From Elusimicrobia bacterium RIFOXYA2_FULL_39_19 (lineage in GTDB: Bacteria > Elusimicrobiota > Endomicrobiia > CG1-02-37-114 > XYA2-FULL-39-19), in contig MGVC01000054.1 of the NCBI GenBank assembly GCA_001800285.1, positions 8,272 to 72,271 of the forward strand: DNA of 64,000 nucleotides, in the 5' to 3' direction. Each line of letters opens with the position of its first letter. The stretch's first letter is position 1. Shown here in pieces: positions 40,279 through 50,300 of this stretch. Made by a program: the position numbers and the translations under genes. The notes beneath the pieces are model-generated. The model searched no databases. It was not told the origin of the DNA and saw only the letters and a list, made by a program, of their open reading frames with translations.

Positions 40279-40644
40279 ATGAGAATCTGCATACCTACAG
40301 AAACAAAAGACGGGAAATCAGCGGCGGTTTACGGCCATTTTGGCAGCGCGCCATATTTCACTATTGTTGACACAGAAAAAGACAGCATAGAAATAATTGA
40401 CAATGCCAATGCACACCACTCTCACGGTATGTGCCAGCCTATGGGTTCTTTAACCGGAAAAAATATTAATGCAGTAGCCTGCGGCGGTATGGGCGCCAGG
40501 GCAGTGCAAAAGTTAAATGAAGGCGGCATTAAAGCCTACAGGGCTGTTGCCGGAACTGTAAAAGATACGGTTGAACTGTTTATTAAAGGCAATCTTGAAG
40601 AAATAACAATAGAAAATGCTTGCGTACAACATAGCTGCCATTAA
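40279..40644 (+). CDS. NifX/NifB-type dinitrogenase FeMo-cofactor-binding-domain protein.
   Basis: 'AVYGHFGSAPYFTIVD...NAVACGGMGARA' pattern. Typically paired with DUF134. Confidence 0.7.
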   Translation: MRICIPTETKDGKSAAVYGHFGSAPYFTIVDTEKDSIEIIDNANAHHSHGMCQPMGSLTGKNINAVACGGMGARAVQKLNEGGIKAYRAVAGTVKDTVELFIKGNLEEITIENACVQHSCH

Positions 40645-40678
40645 ATAAAAAAGGCAATAGTGAAAAAGGGGGTTACTG

Positions 40679-41386
40679 ATGGAACTTATACATCTTGAAA
40701 ATGTAAAAAAAGATTACGTTATCGGAGAGGTTAAGGTACCGGCGTTAAAAGGAATAAACCTTTCTATTAATGCAGGGAGATTCATTTCTTTTGTAGGGCC
40801 GTCCGGCAGCGGTAAAACAACATTATTGAATTTAATCGGCTGCCTTGATAAACCGACGGAAGGAAAAGTATTCGTAACCGGGGTAGAAGTTAATAAAATG
40901 GATAGGAAAATATCGGCAAAATTCAGGGGAGACCATATCGGTTTTATATTTCAAAATTTTAACCTGATTCCCGTCCTAACGGTTTATGAAAATATAGAAT
41001 ATCCTTTAATAATGGTTCAGAATATCCCTTTAGAAAAGAGAAAACAAAAGATAAACGATTTACTTGCAAAAGTCGGGATGACGCAGCAGAGGAATAAATA
41101 TCCGGCGCAGCTTTCCGGCGGGCAGAAACAACGCGTTGCAGTAGCCCGGGCGCTTGTAACCGAACCGAAGCTCGTCCTGGCGGACGAACCTACTGCCAAT
41201 CTTGATCATGATACTGCCTATAAAGTTATAGGGCTTATGCACGAAATGAAAAAAGAATTTAACACCACTTTTATTTTTGCTACTCATGACTCAAAGATTG
41301 TTGGCGAGGCAGAGGTTCTGTATACAATGGAAGACGGTTTAATCATTAAAGTGCAGGAAAACAAGAGAAACGGGGAGGCGAATTGA
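40679..41386 (+). CDS. ABC transporter ATP-binding protein (LolD/MacB ATPase-type).
   Basis: Walker A 'GPSGSGKTT'. Signature '[15 protein letters not shown]'. Walker B 'LVLADEPT'. Confidence 0.9.
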   Translation: MELIHLENVKKDYVIGEVKVPALKGINLSINAGRFISFVGPSGSGKTTLLNLIGCLDKPTEGKVFVTGVEVNKMDRKISAKFRGDHIGFIFQNFNLIPVLTVYENIEYPLIMVQNIPLEKRKQKINDLLAKVGMTQQRNKYPAQLSGGQKQRVAVARALVTEPKLVLADEPTANLDHDTAYKVIGLMHEMKKEFNTTFIFATHDSKIVGEAEVLYTMEDGLIIKVQENKRNGEAN

Positions 41387-41387
41387 A

Positions 41388-42644
41388 ATGATAAACATAA
41401 TAAAGATTGCCTGGCGCAATCTCCTGAGATATACAAGAAGGTCGCTTTTAACATCTTTCATGATCGCTGCAGGCGTAACCCTGGTAATAATATTCAGCGG
41501 AGTAGGGAATTCATTTAAAAATGAAATAGTAGGCGTTATTACCAATTCTAATGTAGGCGATATACAGATTCACAAGAAAGGGTATGTCGGGTCCATAGAT
41601 AATTTGCCGCTTGATATAGCTTTTTCCGGGAATGGTTTAAAAAGGATAGAAGGGCTGCTGGATAGCAATCCTGAAATTAAATCCTATTCTGAACGCATCA
41701 GGTTTGGCGCAATGGCCAGTAATTTTGCGCAGACTACAAATATGAGATTAACTGCTGTTTATCCTGAAAAAGAAAGCCAAACCTGCCCTGCCCTGGTAAA
41801 AAGAATAAAAGAAGGAGATGCAAATCCTGATACTTTTGTAAAACCAGGCTCTGTTGTAATTCCGCAAAATATTGCTACTGGAATGAATTTAAAAGTAGGG
41901 AACGATATTGTTTTGATAGCCACCAACAAAGACGGTTCAGTTAATGGAATGACCTTTAAAATATCGGGTATCTCGGAAAATATAATGGGGCCTCAGGGGA
42001 AAGACGGATACATTCATATTAAAGACGCTCAGTCGCTTTTAAGGATTGAAGATGGTGAAATTACCGAAATTGCCCTTAAACTGCATAATTTTGACAAATT
42101 GAGTAAAACATACGCTGCTTTAAAAAACGAGTTGATGCAGATACAGAAAGAAAAAACAGGTAAACCGAGTTTTGAGATTCATACCTGGGAAGAATTGGTG
42201 CCGTTTTCAACTATCGCAAAAATTATAACTCTATTGATTATGGTTGTGCGGGTAGTCCTGTTTTTTATTGTTTTGATAAGCATACTTAATGTGATGATGA
42301 TGTCTGTTTATGAAAGAATCGGAGAAATAGGAACAATAGCTTCTATCGGGACCCTGCCTTCCAAAATCCTTGCGCTCTTTTTGACCGAAGGCGTTACTCT
42401 TGGTTTTTTCAGCGCTATAGGGGGCAACCTTGCCGGTATAGTTATATTAATGATTATCAACGCGGCAAAGTTTAACTTCAGATTTGGAGACGCGCGGACG
42501 GAATTCATCCTTGCTCCGCAGATACCAATTACTGAAATCTCTCTTTCAATAGTTTTTGTGGTAGTAATTTCGGTACTCGCAAGTTTACAGCCGGCGCTTA
42601 AAGCATCCAGGATGGAACCGGTTGAAGCCTTAAGGCATGTTTAA
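41388..42644 (+). CDS. FtsX-family ABC permease (LolC/E-like).
   Basis: One N-terminal TM. Large periplasmic MacB_PCD-like region. Three C-terminal TM helices. Confidence 0.8.
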   Translation: MINIIKIAWRNLLRYTRRSLLTSFMIAAGVTLVIIFSGVGNSFKNEIVGVITNSNVGDIQIHKKGYVGSIDNLPLDIAFSGNGLKRIEGLLDSNPEIKSYSERIRFGAMASNFAQTTNMRLTAVYPEKESQTCPALVKRIKEGDANPDTFVKPGSVVIPQNIATGMNLKVGNDIVLIATNKDGSVNGMTFKISGISENIMGPQGKDGYIHIKDAQSLLRIEDGEITEIALKLHNFDKLSKTYAALKNELMQIQKEKTGKPSFEIHTWEELVPFSTIAKIITLLIMVVRVVLFFIVLISILNVMMMSVYERIGEIGTIASIGTLPSKILALFLTEGVTLGFFSAIGGNLAGIVILMIINAAKFNFRFGDARTEFILAPQIPITEISLSIVFVVVISVLASLQPALKASRMEPVEALRHV

Positions 42645-42660
42645 AGGGAGATAACTATTT

Positions 42661-43398
42661 ATGAAAATAAACAGAATATTATTATTGTTTATGTTACTGG
42701 GTTCAATTACCGTTTTGGCATTTGCTGAAGATGGCAATGAGCTTTTAAAAAGAATTGACGCGAAATTTATGCCTGAAAGTTATGAGTCGTACAGGAAACT
42801 TATTAATATAGAACCGAGCGGGCGAAAAAAAGAATTTATAATATATACAATAAAAAAGCAGAAAGTTAATGTCGCAATGCTTTTCCTTTCTCCCGCAAGC
42901 GAAAAAGGAAGGACTACCTTAAGATTAGGTGAAAATATGTGGCTTTTTATACCCAATGTAGGCAAACCGGTACGTATAACCAGCCTACAATCAGTTACCG
43001 GGGGCATATTTAATAATGCGGACATTATGCTGGTTGATTACAGCGCGGAATATGATGTAATTAATATGGAAAAAACCGAGACAGGCTATATACTTGATCT
43101 AAAAGCAAAGACTAAAACCGTCGCCTATGACAAGCTGAAAATGTGGGCCACCAAGGATGAAATATTAATAAAAATAGAGTGTTATTCAGCAAGCGGAATG
43201 CTTATAAAAACACTTGAAATGAAGGAAATGAAAGATTTTGGCAATGGTTTTGTAACATCTTCAGTTATGGAAACCTATAGCCCGCTATATAAAGGGTACC
43301 GTTCGGTAATGATTTATTCTCAAATTAAATCCCGTGAATTCAAAGATGAAATCTTTACAATGAATTATATGTCAAAAATTGAAGGATTAAGAAAATGA
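42661..43398 (+). CDS. LolA-like outer-membrane lipoprotein-sorting family protein, secreted.
   Basis: Signal peptide. ~245 aa beta-rich. Gene context with LolCDE-like genes. Confidence 0.5.
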   Translation: MKINRILLLFMLLGSITVLAFAEDGNELLKRIDAKFMPESYESYRKLINIEPSGRKKEFIIYTIKKQKVNVAMLFLSPASEKGRTTLRLGENMWLFIPNVGKPVRITSLQSVTGGIFNNADIMLVDYSAEYDVINMEKTETGYILDLKAKTKTVAYDKLKMWATKDEILIKIECYSASGMLIKTLEMKEMKDFGNGFVTSSVMETYSPLYKGYRSVMIYSQIKSREFKDEIFTMNYMSKIEGLRK

Positions 43399-44669
43399 GG
43401 GTATCCTCGCCTGCGGTTATTATCATGTTACTGGGCAGTATTTCTTACGCCGCAGATTATTCATTTGAAATACCGCAGGTTGAGTCAAAAAAAGAGATAC
43501 TGGAATTAAGCGGCAATCTTGATGTTAAATATTCAATATTTAAAATCAGAAATAATTCTCCAATGTATAGTTTGCAGTATTACGGCCGGCAGCTTCCGGA
43601 TATTTTATCTTCATATCGCATGGAATATTATTTGAATGGCGACTATCAGACCCGAGATATTGGCGTGCATTTAAAGACACAAGCTGAATATTACAACGAT
43701 AAAACATCATATTTTAATTTGTATGAACTGTACGGGGATGTAAATCTATCTGCAAATTCCTTTTTGCATATGGGCAAAAAAATGTATAACTGGGGCAAGG
43801 GTTATGCCTTTAATCCTGTAGGCTATGTTAATTCTGCTAAAAACCCTGAAAACCCGGAACTTTCACAAGCGGGCCTTTTTTCAGTTAATTACGAATATTC
43901 AAAAAGCTTTCAAACAAAAACAATTAACAATATAGCTTTTGATTTAATTGTTATACCTTCGGAAAATACGGTGAATAATAAAATATCTGAGATAGAAAAC
44001 ACGGCTATTGCGGGCAAATTGTATTTATTGCTTTTGGATACAGATGTTGACTTTATGCAATATTACAGCAAGGTAAACCTGAAAAAGTCGGGGATGGATT
44101 TTTCCCGCAATATCTTGACCGGCCTGGAAATACACGGCGAATTGAGCCTATTGCGTAATCAACCAACATATCTTATTTCCAACAATGCTCTTGAAACAAA
44201 ACATATTGAAGGTACGTCTTATCTCTTTGGGTTAAGATGGCTCAACGCATGGAATATTACTACTATTCTTGAATATTACCATAATGATGCGGGATTAAGC
44301 GTAAAAGAGTTTGAGGATTACAATAACTACCTGGTCAATGCCATTATTTCCGGTAATACAGATTCCTTGTCAAACGCATTGAAAACGGCTATCAGCAATT
44401 TTAACGGCACTAATTTAATGCAGGATTATTTGTATTTGAAAATATCCTGGCCGGAACCGTTCAATTGGGTATATTTCACGCCTTCAATATATGCAGTTAT
44501 TAACACAAATGATAGAAGTTCTATGATGGGTATGCCTATAAGTTATAAACCCATAACGAACCTTGAGTTCATATTCTGGCCTGCTTTTTTTGCGGGCAGT
44601 ATAAACTCTGAGTTTGGCAGCAAACAGTACGAAAATAAGCTGGATTTGTGGATGCGATTTTATTTTTAA
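43395..44669 (+). CDS. Outer-membrane beta-barrel protein, unknown family.
   Basis: Signal peptide, Tyr/Asn-rich alternating strands, C-terminal '...LWMRFYF'. Confidence 0.5.
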   Translation: MRVSSPAVIIMLLGSISYAADYSFEIPQVESKKEILELSGNLDVKYSIFKIRNNSPMYSLQYYGRQLPDILSSYRMEYYLNGDYQTRDIGVHLKTQAEYYNDKTSYFNLYELYGDVNLSANSFLHMGKKMYNWGKGYAFNPVGYVNSAKNPENPELSQAGLFSVNYEYSKSFQTKTINNIAFDLIVIPSENTVNNKISEIENTAIAGKLYLLLLDTDVDFMQYYSKVNLKKSGMDFSRNILTGLEIHGELSLLRNQPTYLISNNALETKHIEGTSYLFGLRWLNAWNITTILEYYHNDAGLSVKEFEDYNNYLVNAIISGNTDSLSNALKTAISNFNGTNLMQDYLYLKISWPEPFNWVYFTPSIYAVINTNDRSSMMGMPISYKPITNLEFIFWPAFFAGSINSEFGSKQYENKLDLWMRFYF

Positions 44670-44706
44670 GGATAAAATGTAACCTAATAAATTACAAAAG
44701 AATATT

Positions 44707-45177
44707 ATGTTTTTTCTTATCTTAATAACTCTAATAGCAATAATGGTTTCCTTTTTAGCTGACCGGCAAAAAACATATAAGGGGCTTATAAAAGGGATGC
44801 GGATGTTTTTAAACATCCTTCCAGTGCTTCTTAATATGCTTGTCTTTGTCAGTATATTGCTGTACCTGGTACCTAATGAACTGATTATACGCTGGCTGGG
44901 AAAAGGTTCCGGATTTTATGGGATAACTATAGCCGCTTTATTGGGTTCTATTTCCATGATACCCGGATTTATTGCTTTCCCTCTTGCAGGTATCTTGAGG
45001 AAAGGCGGGGTAAGTTATGAGGTTCTGGCGGTATTCATAACAACCTTGATGATGGTGGGAGTTTTAACTCTGCCGCTGGAATCAAAATATTTCGGAATTA
45101 AAGCAGCGCTTCTTAGAAATGGACTGAGTCTTGCTGGTGCTGTTATAATAGGCATTCTTATAGGGTTATTCATGTGA
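44707..45177 (+). CDS. Permease, N-terminal half (COG0701-type two-gene permease).
   Basis: 4 TM. Overlaps the next gene by 4 nt. Confidence 0.5.
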   Translation: MFFLILITLIAIMVSFLADRQKTYKGLIKGMRMFLNILPVLLNMLVFVSILLYLVPNELIIRWLGKGSGFYGITIAALLGSISMIPGFIAFPLAGILRKGGVSYEVLAVFITTLMMVGVLTLPLESKYFGIKAALLRNGLSLAGAVIIGILIGLFM

Positions 45178-45707
45178 AAATAATAATCTCAAAAATATTC
45201 TTAGGTGAGTATTTTGTTGTAGTTTTGTTTGGGTTACTGCTTTTATTCTCCCGCTGCTTTCATTTTTCGTTCGGCTCTGTTGCTGCAAAGAATTTTTGGT
45301 TGTTTTTCACAGAAATGATTGCGTTTTTGCCGTTTATGTTCCTTCTCATTGGAATAATAGACGTTTGGTTTCCCAAAGAAAAAGTTGAACGCCATATAGG
45401 CCCGGAATCAGGAATTAAAGGAATATTCTGGGTGATTATTCTTGCCATGCTGCAGGCAGGCCCGCTGTACGGCGCATTTCCCGTGGCATATATTTTATGG
45501 AAAAAAAGCTGCAGCATAAAAAACATTTTTATTTATCTGGGCGCTTTTTCTACCCTTAAAATACCCATGCTTGCCTTTGAAATAGGTTTTCTGGGCCTTA
45601 AATTTTCAATTTTGCGCACGTTATTTACGCTGCCGGTTTTCATTGTAATAGGCTATCTGATGGAATATTACTTAAAAAACAGGCAGTTTAAAATAAACAA
45701 TCCTTAG
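45174..45707 (+). CDS. Permease, C-terminal half.
   Basis: 4-5 TM. Translationally coupled to the upstream half. Confidence 0.5.
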   Translation: MKIIISKIFLGEYFVVVLFGLLLLFSRCFHFSFGSVAAKNFWLFFTEMIAFLPFMFLLIGIIDVWFPKEKVERHIGPESGIKGIFWVIILAMLQAGPLYGAFPVAYILWKKSCSIKNIFIYLGAFSTLKIPMLAFEIGFLGLKFSILRTLFTLPVFIVIGYLMEYYLKNRQFKINNP

Positions 45708-45827
45708 GAGAAAGAAGACTATGTATGAAATTGTAAAAGAAAGCGATAAAGTAGTTACTTTTTGAAACAATCAGGCGTTGAAAACCTATAAAAAAGGATT
45801 GCTTCCCTAACAGTTGCAATACCAGCC

Positions 45828-47048
45828 ATGAAAAAACCAGAACTATTAGCACCGGCAGGAAACCCGGAAAACTTAAAAGTTGCCTTTGCTTACGGCGCAG
45901 ACTCGGTATATTTAGCCGGTAAAAAATACGGCCTGCGCGCTAAAGCCGATAACTTTACTTTGGATGAAATAAAAGAAAGCACGGTTTTTGCCCATAGTAT
46001 CGGAAAAAAAGTTTATGTAACTTTAAATATAATCCCGCATAATGAAGACCTGGCAGATTTGCCCTCTTACATAAAAGAATTAGAAAATTCTAAAGTTGAC
46101 GGCATTATCGCATCAGACCCGGGAATAATTTCTTTAATTAAAGAAAACTCTCCCCCTATGCCGATACATCTTAGCACCCAGGCCAATAACACCAATTATA
46201 AAAGCGCGTGCTTCTGGCACGCTTCAGGCATTAAAAGAATTACCCTGGCGCGCGAACTTTCACTGGAAGAAATAAAAGAAATAGTCAGCAAAACGCCTGG
46301 CACGCTGGAGCTGGAAGTTTTTGTGCACGGGTCTATCTGCATTGCTTACTCCGGGCGCTGTATGTTAAGCCTTTATATGGTAAACAGGGATGCCAACCGC
46401 GGAAACTGCGCACAGGCCTGCCGGTGGAACTACAGCGTACAGGAAAAACAGCGCCCCGGCGAATATTTTGACGTGTTTGAAGGTGATGAAGGCTCCTACA
46501 TTTTTAATTCCAAGGACCTGTGCCTGCTGGAACAGGTTCCTGAATTGATTAATGCCGGCGTAACAAGTTTTAAAATTGAAGGCAGAATGAAAAGTTCTTA
46601 TTATGTGGCGGTAGTTACAAAAGCCTATAGAAATATTATTGACGCTTACCTGAAAAATCCGGAGAGCTATAAACCGGACCCGCTTATATATAAGGAAGCG
46701 GAAAAAGTAAACCACAGAAAGTATTCCACCGGGTTTTTTAATGCAAAACCCGGCAGTGATAAATACATTTATGATTCACCCGGTTACACTTACCCGTATC
46801 TTTATCTTGGAATAGTATTAGCCTATGACCCGGCAACAGCGCTGGCAACGGTTTACCAGCAGAACAAAATAGTTTGCGGTGATGAAATTGAAGTTATAGG
46901 CCCGGCACGGGATTTTTTTACCCAGACTGTAGATGAAATGTTTAATGATAAAAATGAACCGGTCACTTCTGCTTTAAGTGCCCAGTGCACAACCAAAATA
47001 AAAATGTCCCGCCCCGTAAAACCCCTGGATATGCTGAGAAAAAAATAG
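45828..47048 (+). CDS. Peptidase U32 family (collagenase-like PrtC).
   Basis: 'MKKPELLAPAGNPENLKVAFAYGADSVY' N-terminal signature. Conserved 'E..VHGSICIAYSGRC' block. Confidence 0.85.
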   Translation: MKKPELLAPAGNPENLKVAFAYGADSVYLAGKKYGLRAKADNFTLDEIKESTVFAHSIGKKVYVTLNIIPHNEDLADLPSYIKELENSKVDGIIASDPGIISLIKENSPPMPIHLSTQANNTNYKSACFWHASGIKRITLARELSLEEIKEIVSKTPGTLELEVFVHGSICIAYSGRCMLSLYMVNRDANRGNCAQACRWNYSVQEKQRPGEYFDVFEGDEGSYIFNSKDLCLLEQVPELINAGVTSFKIEGRMKSSYYVAVVTKAYRNIIDAYLKNPESYKPDPLIYKEAEKVNHRKYSTGFFNAKPGSDKYIYDSPGYTYPYLYLGIVLAYDPATALATVYQQNKIVCGDEIEVIGPARDFFTQTVDEMFNDKNEPVTSALSAQCTTKIKMSRPVKPLDMLRKK

Positions 47049-47070
47049 CATTTTATCGGCAATTTAAACG

Positions 47071-47215
47071 GCAGCAGCATTCATCCCGCTTAGCGGGATG
47101 AATGAATGCATGTGTGACGTTTACCCCTGCGATAGTTTTCAAATTGTGTTTTTTGAAAACTGCATGGGGTAGGTGTTTGTGCCACGGGCTCTGCCCGTGG
47201 GGATCAACCGGCATT
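47071..47215. repeat. Repeat family A, copy 3, inverted relative to copy 1.
   Basis: Near-exact reverse complement of 7077-7230. Confidence 0.9.
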
Positions 47216-47705
47216 TTAACGGCAATTGACAAAATATGGCTTAATGCCGGATGATTAAAAAAAGCTATTAGCCTCTAAACTCAAGTAAGTACCTCATTTT
47301 AATGGCACAATTTAACCGTTTTGTGAAATGCATCACTTAATACACGCCAATAATGTGTAATTTACCACGTTTTAGATGCCAATCCAGGGGACAGCTTTAA
47401 GATAAGGCGTTATCACATCAAAATCCCATAGTTTCACTTGTTGTGTGATTATTGCAGATTTAAGATGTAACCTTAAAATTGCAAATGTATAAAAAAAACC
47501 AGCCTATCACCAAATCACTTAAAATAAGCAATTTGCTTGGCATAATATCTCGGAACTCACAACCTCTTGAAATAATTTGAAATATATGTTATATTATATT
47601 ACACATGTATGTAATGTAATACTACATTTTTTGTTTTTGTATAAGGAGAGCACCCCTCATTCTTCCAAGCGAATAGCGAGGGATACTAAAAAAGAAGGAG
47701 AGCAA

Positions 47706-48479
47706 ATGGACTGTATAGGTAAAACCATTAAAACATTAAGAGAAGCGGCCGGCATGAGCCAGCAGGAGCTTGCCGATAAGCTTTCAATTCAGCGTGTTGC
47801 TATCACGCAGATAGAAAGCGGGAGCAGGGATGTTTGTGCTGATGAGATTAAAGGTTTTTCAGAGATATTTCAAGTTTCATCCGATGTTTTACTCGGGCTT
47901 GCTGCTATGCCAAAAGTCAGCATTGAGGAGGTAAAAACCATGCCTGCCAGGAAAGAAGCGCTCAGAATCAGTGTTCCGCAGAAAAATCTTAAAAAATTTA
48001 AAGAAGTACTCCTGTATATTCTTAATAAGGCCGGCGGGAAACCCAATATAGGCGAAACAGCTCTCTATAAGCTTCTTTATTTTATAGATTTTAATTATTA
48101 TGAAAAATATGAAGACCAGCTCATTGGGGCAACTTATATAAAAAATCATTACGGGCCTTCGCCTGTTGAGTTTAAGCATATCGTTGAAAAAATGATCAGC
48201 GATAAAGAAGTCCTGAAACTGGTCAATAAGCACTTTGGTTATGACCAAAAAAAGTATCTTGCTTTAAAAAAACCGGATCTAAGTATTTTAAATGCCCGTG
48301 AAAAGCAAACCATAGATGATGTCCTTGCTTTACTTTCTGACAAGAACGCAAAGGAACTCAGTGAGTATTCTCATAATGATGTTCCCTGGCTTACCGCGGA
48401 AGAAGGCAAACCTATTAGTTATGAAGCTGTGTTTTACCGCACAAGCCCTTATTCTGTGAGGGAAGATGACGATTTATAA
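47706..48479 (+). CDS. XRE-family HTH fused to a Panacea (DUF4065/SocA-like) domain. Putative antitoxin.
   Basis: HTH 'LREAAGMSQQELADKLSIQRVAITQIESG'. C-terminal 'GKPNIGETALYKLLYFIDFNYYEKYEDQLIGATYIKNHYGPSPVEF' matches the DUF4065 core. AAGGAG 8 nt before the ATG at 47706. The track ORF begins earlier at 47577. Confidence 0.75.
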   Translation: MDCIGKTIKTLREAAGMSQQELADKLSIQRVAITQIESGSRDVCADEIKGFSEIFQVSSDVLLGLAAMPKVSIEEVKTMPARKEALRISVPQKNLKKFKEVLLYILNKAGGKPNIGETALYKLLYFIDFNYYEKYEDQLIGATYIKNHYGPSPVEFKHIVEKMISDKEVLKLVNKHFGYDQKKYLALKKPDLSILNAREKQTIDDVLALLSDKNAKELSEYSHNDVPWLTAEEGKPISYEAVFYRTSPYSVREDDDL

Positions 48480-48648
48480 AGCAAAGAAGTTTGCCTGCCG
48501 TGCCCTCAAGGGGAGCGGCGCCAATTCCGGCATAAGGGTGATATATGCCTACGATGAAGCACAGGATAAAATTGAACTTATAGAAATTTATTTCAAAGGC
48601 GATAAAGAAAACGAAGACAAACAAAGAATAAATAAGATTTACGGATGA
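48466..48648 (+). CDS. Small RelE/ParE-superfamily (Gp49-like) toxin candidate.
   Basis: 60 aa. 'RVIYAYDEAQDKIELIEIYFKGDKEN' resembles the RelE/Gp49 beta-core. Overlaps the upstream gene by 14 nt. Confidence 0.55.
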   Translation: MTIYKAKKFACRALKGSGANSGIRVIYAYDEAQDKIELIEIYFKGDKENEDKQRINKIYG

Positions 48649-48801
48649 ACCTTAAAAGGTTGTATGTATTGATTTTTGCAACTAATATAGAGTGAGGGAC
48701 GGAGTCAATTTGACAACTTAAGAAGCATGCGAAGCAGTATTTGGCTTGAATACCTGAAATAAATAGATTTATCAAAACCAAATTTAAGGAATTTTTATGC
48801 G

Positions 48802-48924
48802 CAGACTGTGGATGAAATGTTTAATGATAAAAATGAACCTGTCACTTCTGCCTTAACAGCCCAATGCACAACCAAAATAAAAATGTCCCGCCCCGTAAAA
48901 CCCCTTGATATGCTGCGCAAAAAA
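48802..48924 (+). repeat. Direct duplicate (~90% identity) of the U32 peptidase 3' end (46923-47045). An att-like flank of the TA island.
   Basis: 'cagactgtggatgaaatgtttaatgataaaaatgaacctgtcacttctgcc...aaaatgtcccgccccgtaaaaccccttgatatgctgcgcaaaaaag' versus the original. Differences are mostly synonymous in the peptidase frame. Confidence 0.85.
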
Positions 48925-48947
48925 GAATTTAGTTAAAACCATTTTCT

Positions 48948-49310
48948 TTTCCGGATTGTTCGGTCTGATAGATTATCCTGTAATCTGCCATCATGCACTC
49001 TGCCGGATTGTTCGGAGAACAATCCCTACATTTCCTTTTATCATTTGTTGCAGGGATACTACCCGTAATCCCTACAACATCCATTGATTTATTTTTGTAG
49101 GGCGGGCTCTCCCTGGCTTGTCCTTTTATAATATGATGCCAGGACACTACCCGTAGCCCTGGTCTTTCCTTTTATCATTTGTTGCAGGGATACCTGACAA
49201 CCATTCACCCATGGATCTCCGGGTTAGTGCAAGGCACACCCGAAGATGACATCTTAGTCTTTACTGCCTTCTACTTCATCGCTTAATCGCTTGTTTTTCA
49301 GCTCAGCCTT
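48948..49310. repeat. Composite repeat block (families D + E + F modules).
   Basis: 'ccggattgttcggtctgatagattatcctgtaatctgccatcatgcactctgccggattgttcggagaacaatccctac', 'tttttgtagggcgggctct', 'atggatctccgggttagtgcaaggcacacccgaagatgac', 'ctttactgccttctacttcatcgcttaatcgct'. Confidence 0.8.
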
Positions 49311-49314
49311 ACTT

Positions 49315-50208
49315 TTACAACCCTCTGCTAAAATCCGGCCTTAAATGTTTTTTGTCTTTTGATTTCAGTATTTCGGCAAGTTCTGCTACTATCTGCGGTT
49401 TATCTTTTGGAAAGCGGGCATTGATAGGGTAATAATTTGATGCGTGGTTTGAAAAAAAGAGGCATTTGAAATCTTCCATATTTTCTATAAGCGTTTTTAA
49501 CTCTTCTAAAAACTCAAAATTGTTTAACTCTTCAAATTCTTTGCGTTTCTGCATGCTTAAAAGCGGCGTGCCGGGCGCTATCATTAAAGTAAGCGCGGCT
49601 ATCTGGTCGGGCCGGGCAATACTTAATATTTTAGCTGTGTTTACTGCATGCTGTGTGGTATATTTCTTTCCGCCAAGCCCTAAAATAACCGTAACATTCG
49701 TTTTTATGCCGGATTCTTTTACTTTCAGGCAGGTAGCTATATTTACCTGGGGCGTGCCGTACTTTATAATCATTTTATATACTTCAGCATCGCCAGTTTC
49801 AAACCCTAAATATATTACACCGAGTTTTTTGTTTTTAAATTCCTTTAAATCAGTTACAGTTTTATTTTCCAGGCTTTTTATTGAGCCGTAAACGGCAATG
49901 CGGGAAAGTTTAGGGAAGTTTTCGTTTAATAAATCCAGTATTTTAATAAATTCTTGCTGCTCCATGGCTATAGCATCGCCGTCAGCTAAAAAAATGCGCC
50001 TGGTATCCGGCATTGCTTTTGCCGCGCGCTTAATATCTCTTTCAATAAGCGCAAAGTCCTTAACTTTATATTTTTTTTCTTTGTAGGCGGGGCAGAAAAT
50101 GCAGGAATTATCGGTACAGCCCAGGGTTACCTGTAAAATAAGGCTGTCCGCTTCGCTTGGCGGGCGTATTACCGTGCCTTCATAATCTAAAATATCTTCA
50201 ATAAACAT
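49315..50208 (-). CDS. Radical SAM domain protein with an atypical Cys spacing.
   Basis: 'LQVTLGCTDNSCIFCP' (C-x5-C-x2-C) near the N-terminus. TIM-barrel-like remainder. Confidence 0.6.
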   Translation of the reverse strand: MFIEDILDYEGTVIRPPSEADSLILQVTLGCTDNSCIFCPAYKEKKYKVKDFALIERDIKRAAKAMPDTRRIFLADGDAIAMEQQEFIKILDLLNENFPKLSRIAVYGSIKSLENKTVTDLKEFKNKKLGVIYLGFETGDAEVYKMIIKYGTPQVNIATCLKVKESGIKTNVTVILGLGGKKYTTQHAVNTAKILSIARPDQIAALTLMIAPGTPLLSMQKRKEFEELNNFEFLEELKTLIENMEDFKCLFFSNHASNYYPINARFPKDKPQIVAELAEILKSKDKKHLRPDFSRGL

Positions 50209-50221
50209 AGGCGTTTATAAA

Positions 50222-50300
50222 AAGTGATTACGTGATTGTGGGTAGCACCCTTGTATCATCTAATAAAAGAAAAAACAAGGGTTATGTGGTTACGTGGTTA
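50222..50300. promoter_or_regulatory. GTGATTA/GTGGTTA heptamer array upstream of the radical SAM gene.
   Basis: 'aagtgattacgtgattgtgggtag ... gttatgtggttacgtggttaagtc'. Confidence 0.5.

Noticed and set aside
44707-45707. Frameshifted single permease gene.
   Set aside because: The 4-nt ATGA overlap and balanced halves fit the known two-gene organisation of this permease family rather than a pseudogene.
47049-48801. Integrase or recombinase within the TA island.
   Set aside because: I looked for a tyrosine or serine recombinase ORF. None is present: only the MITE, the HTH-Panacea gene and the 60-aa gene. Mobility therefore cannot be attributed to an encoded enzyme.
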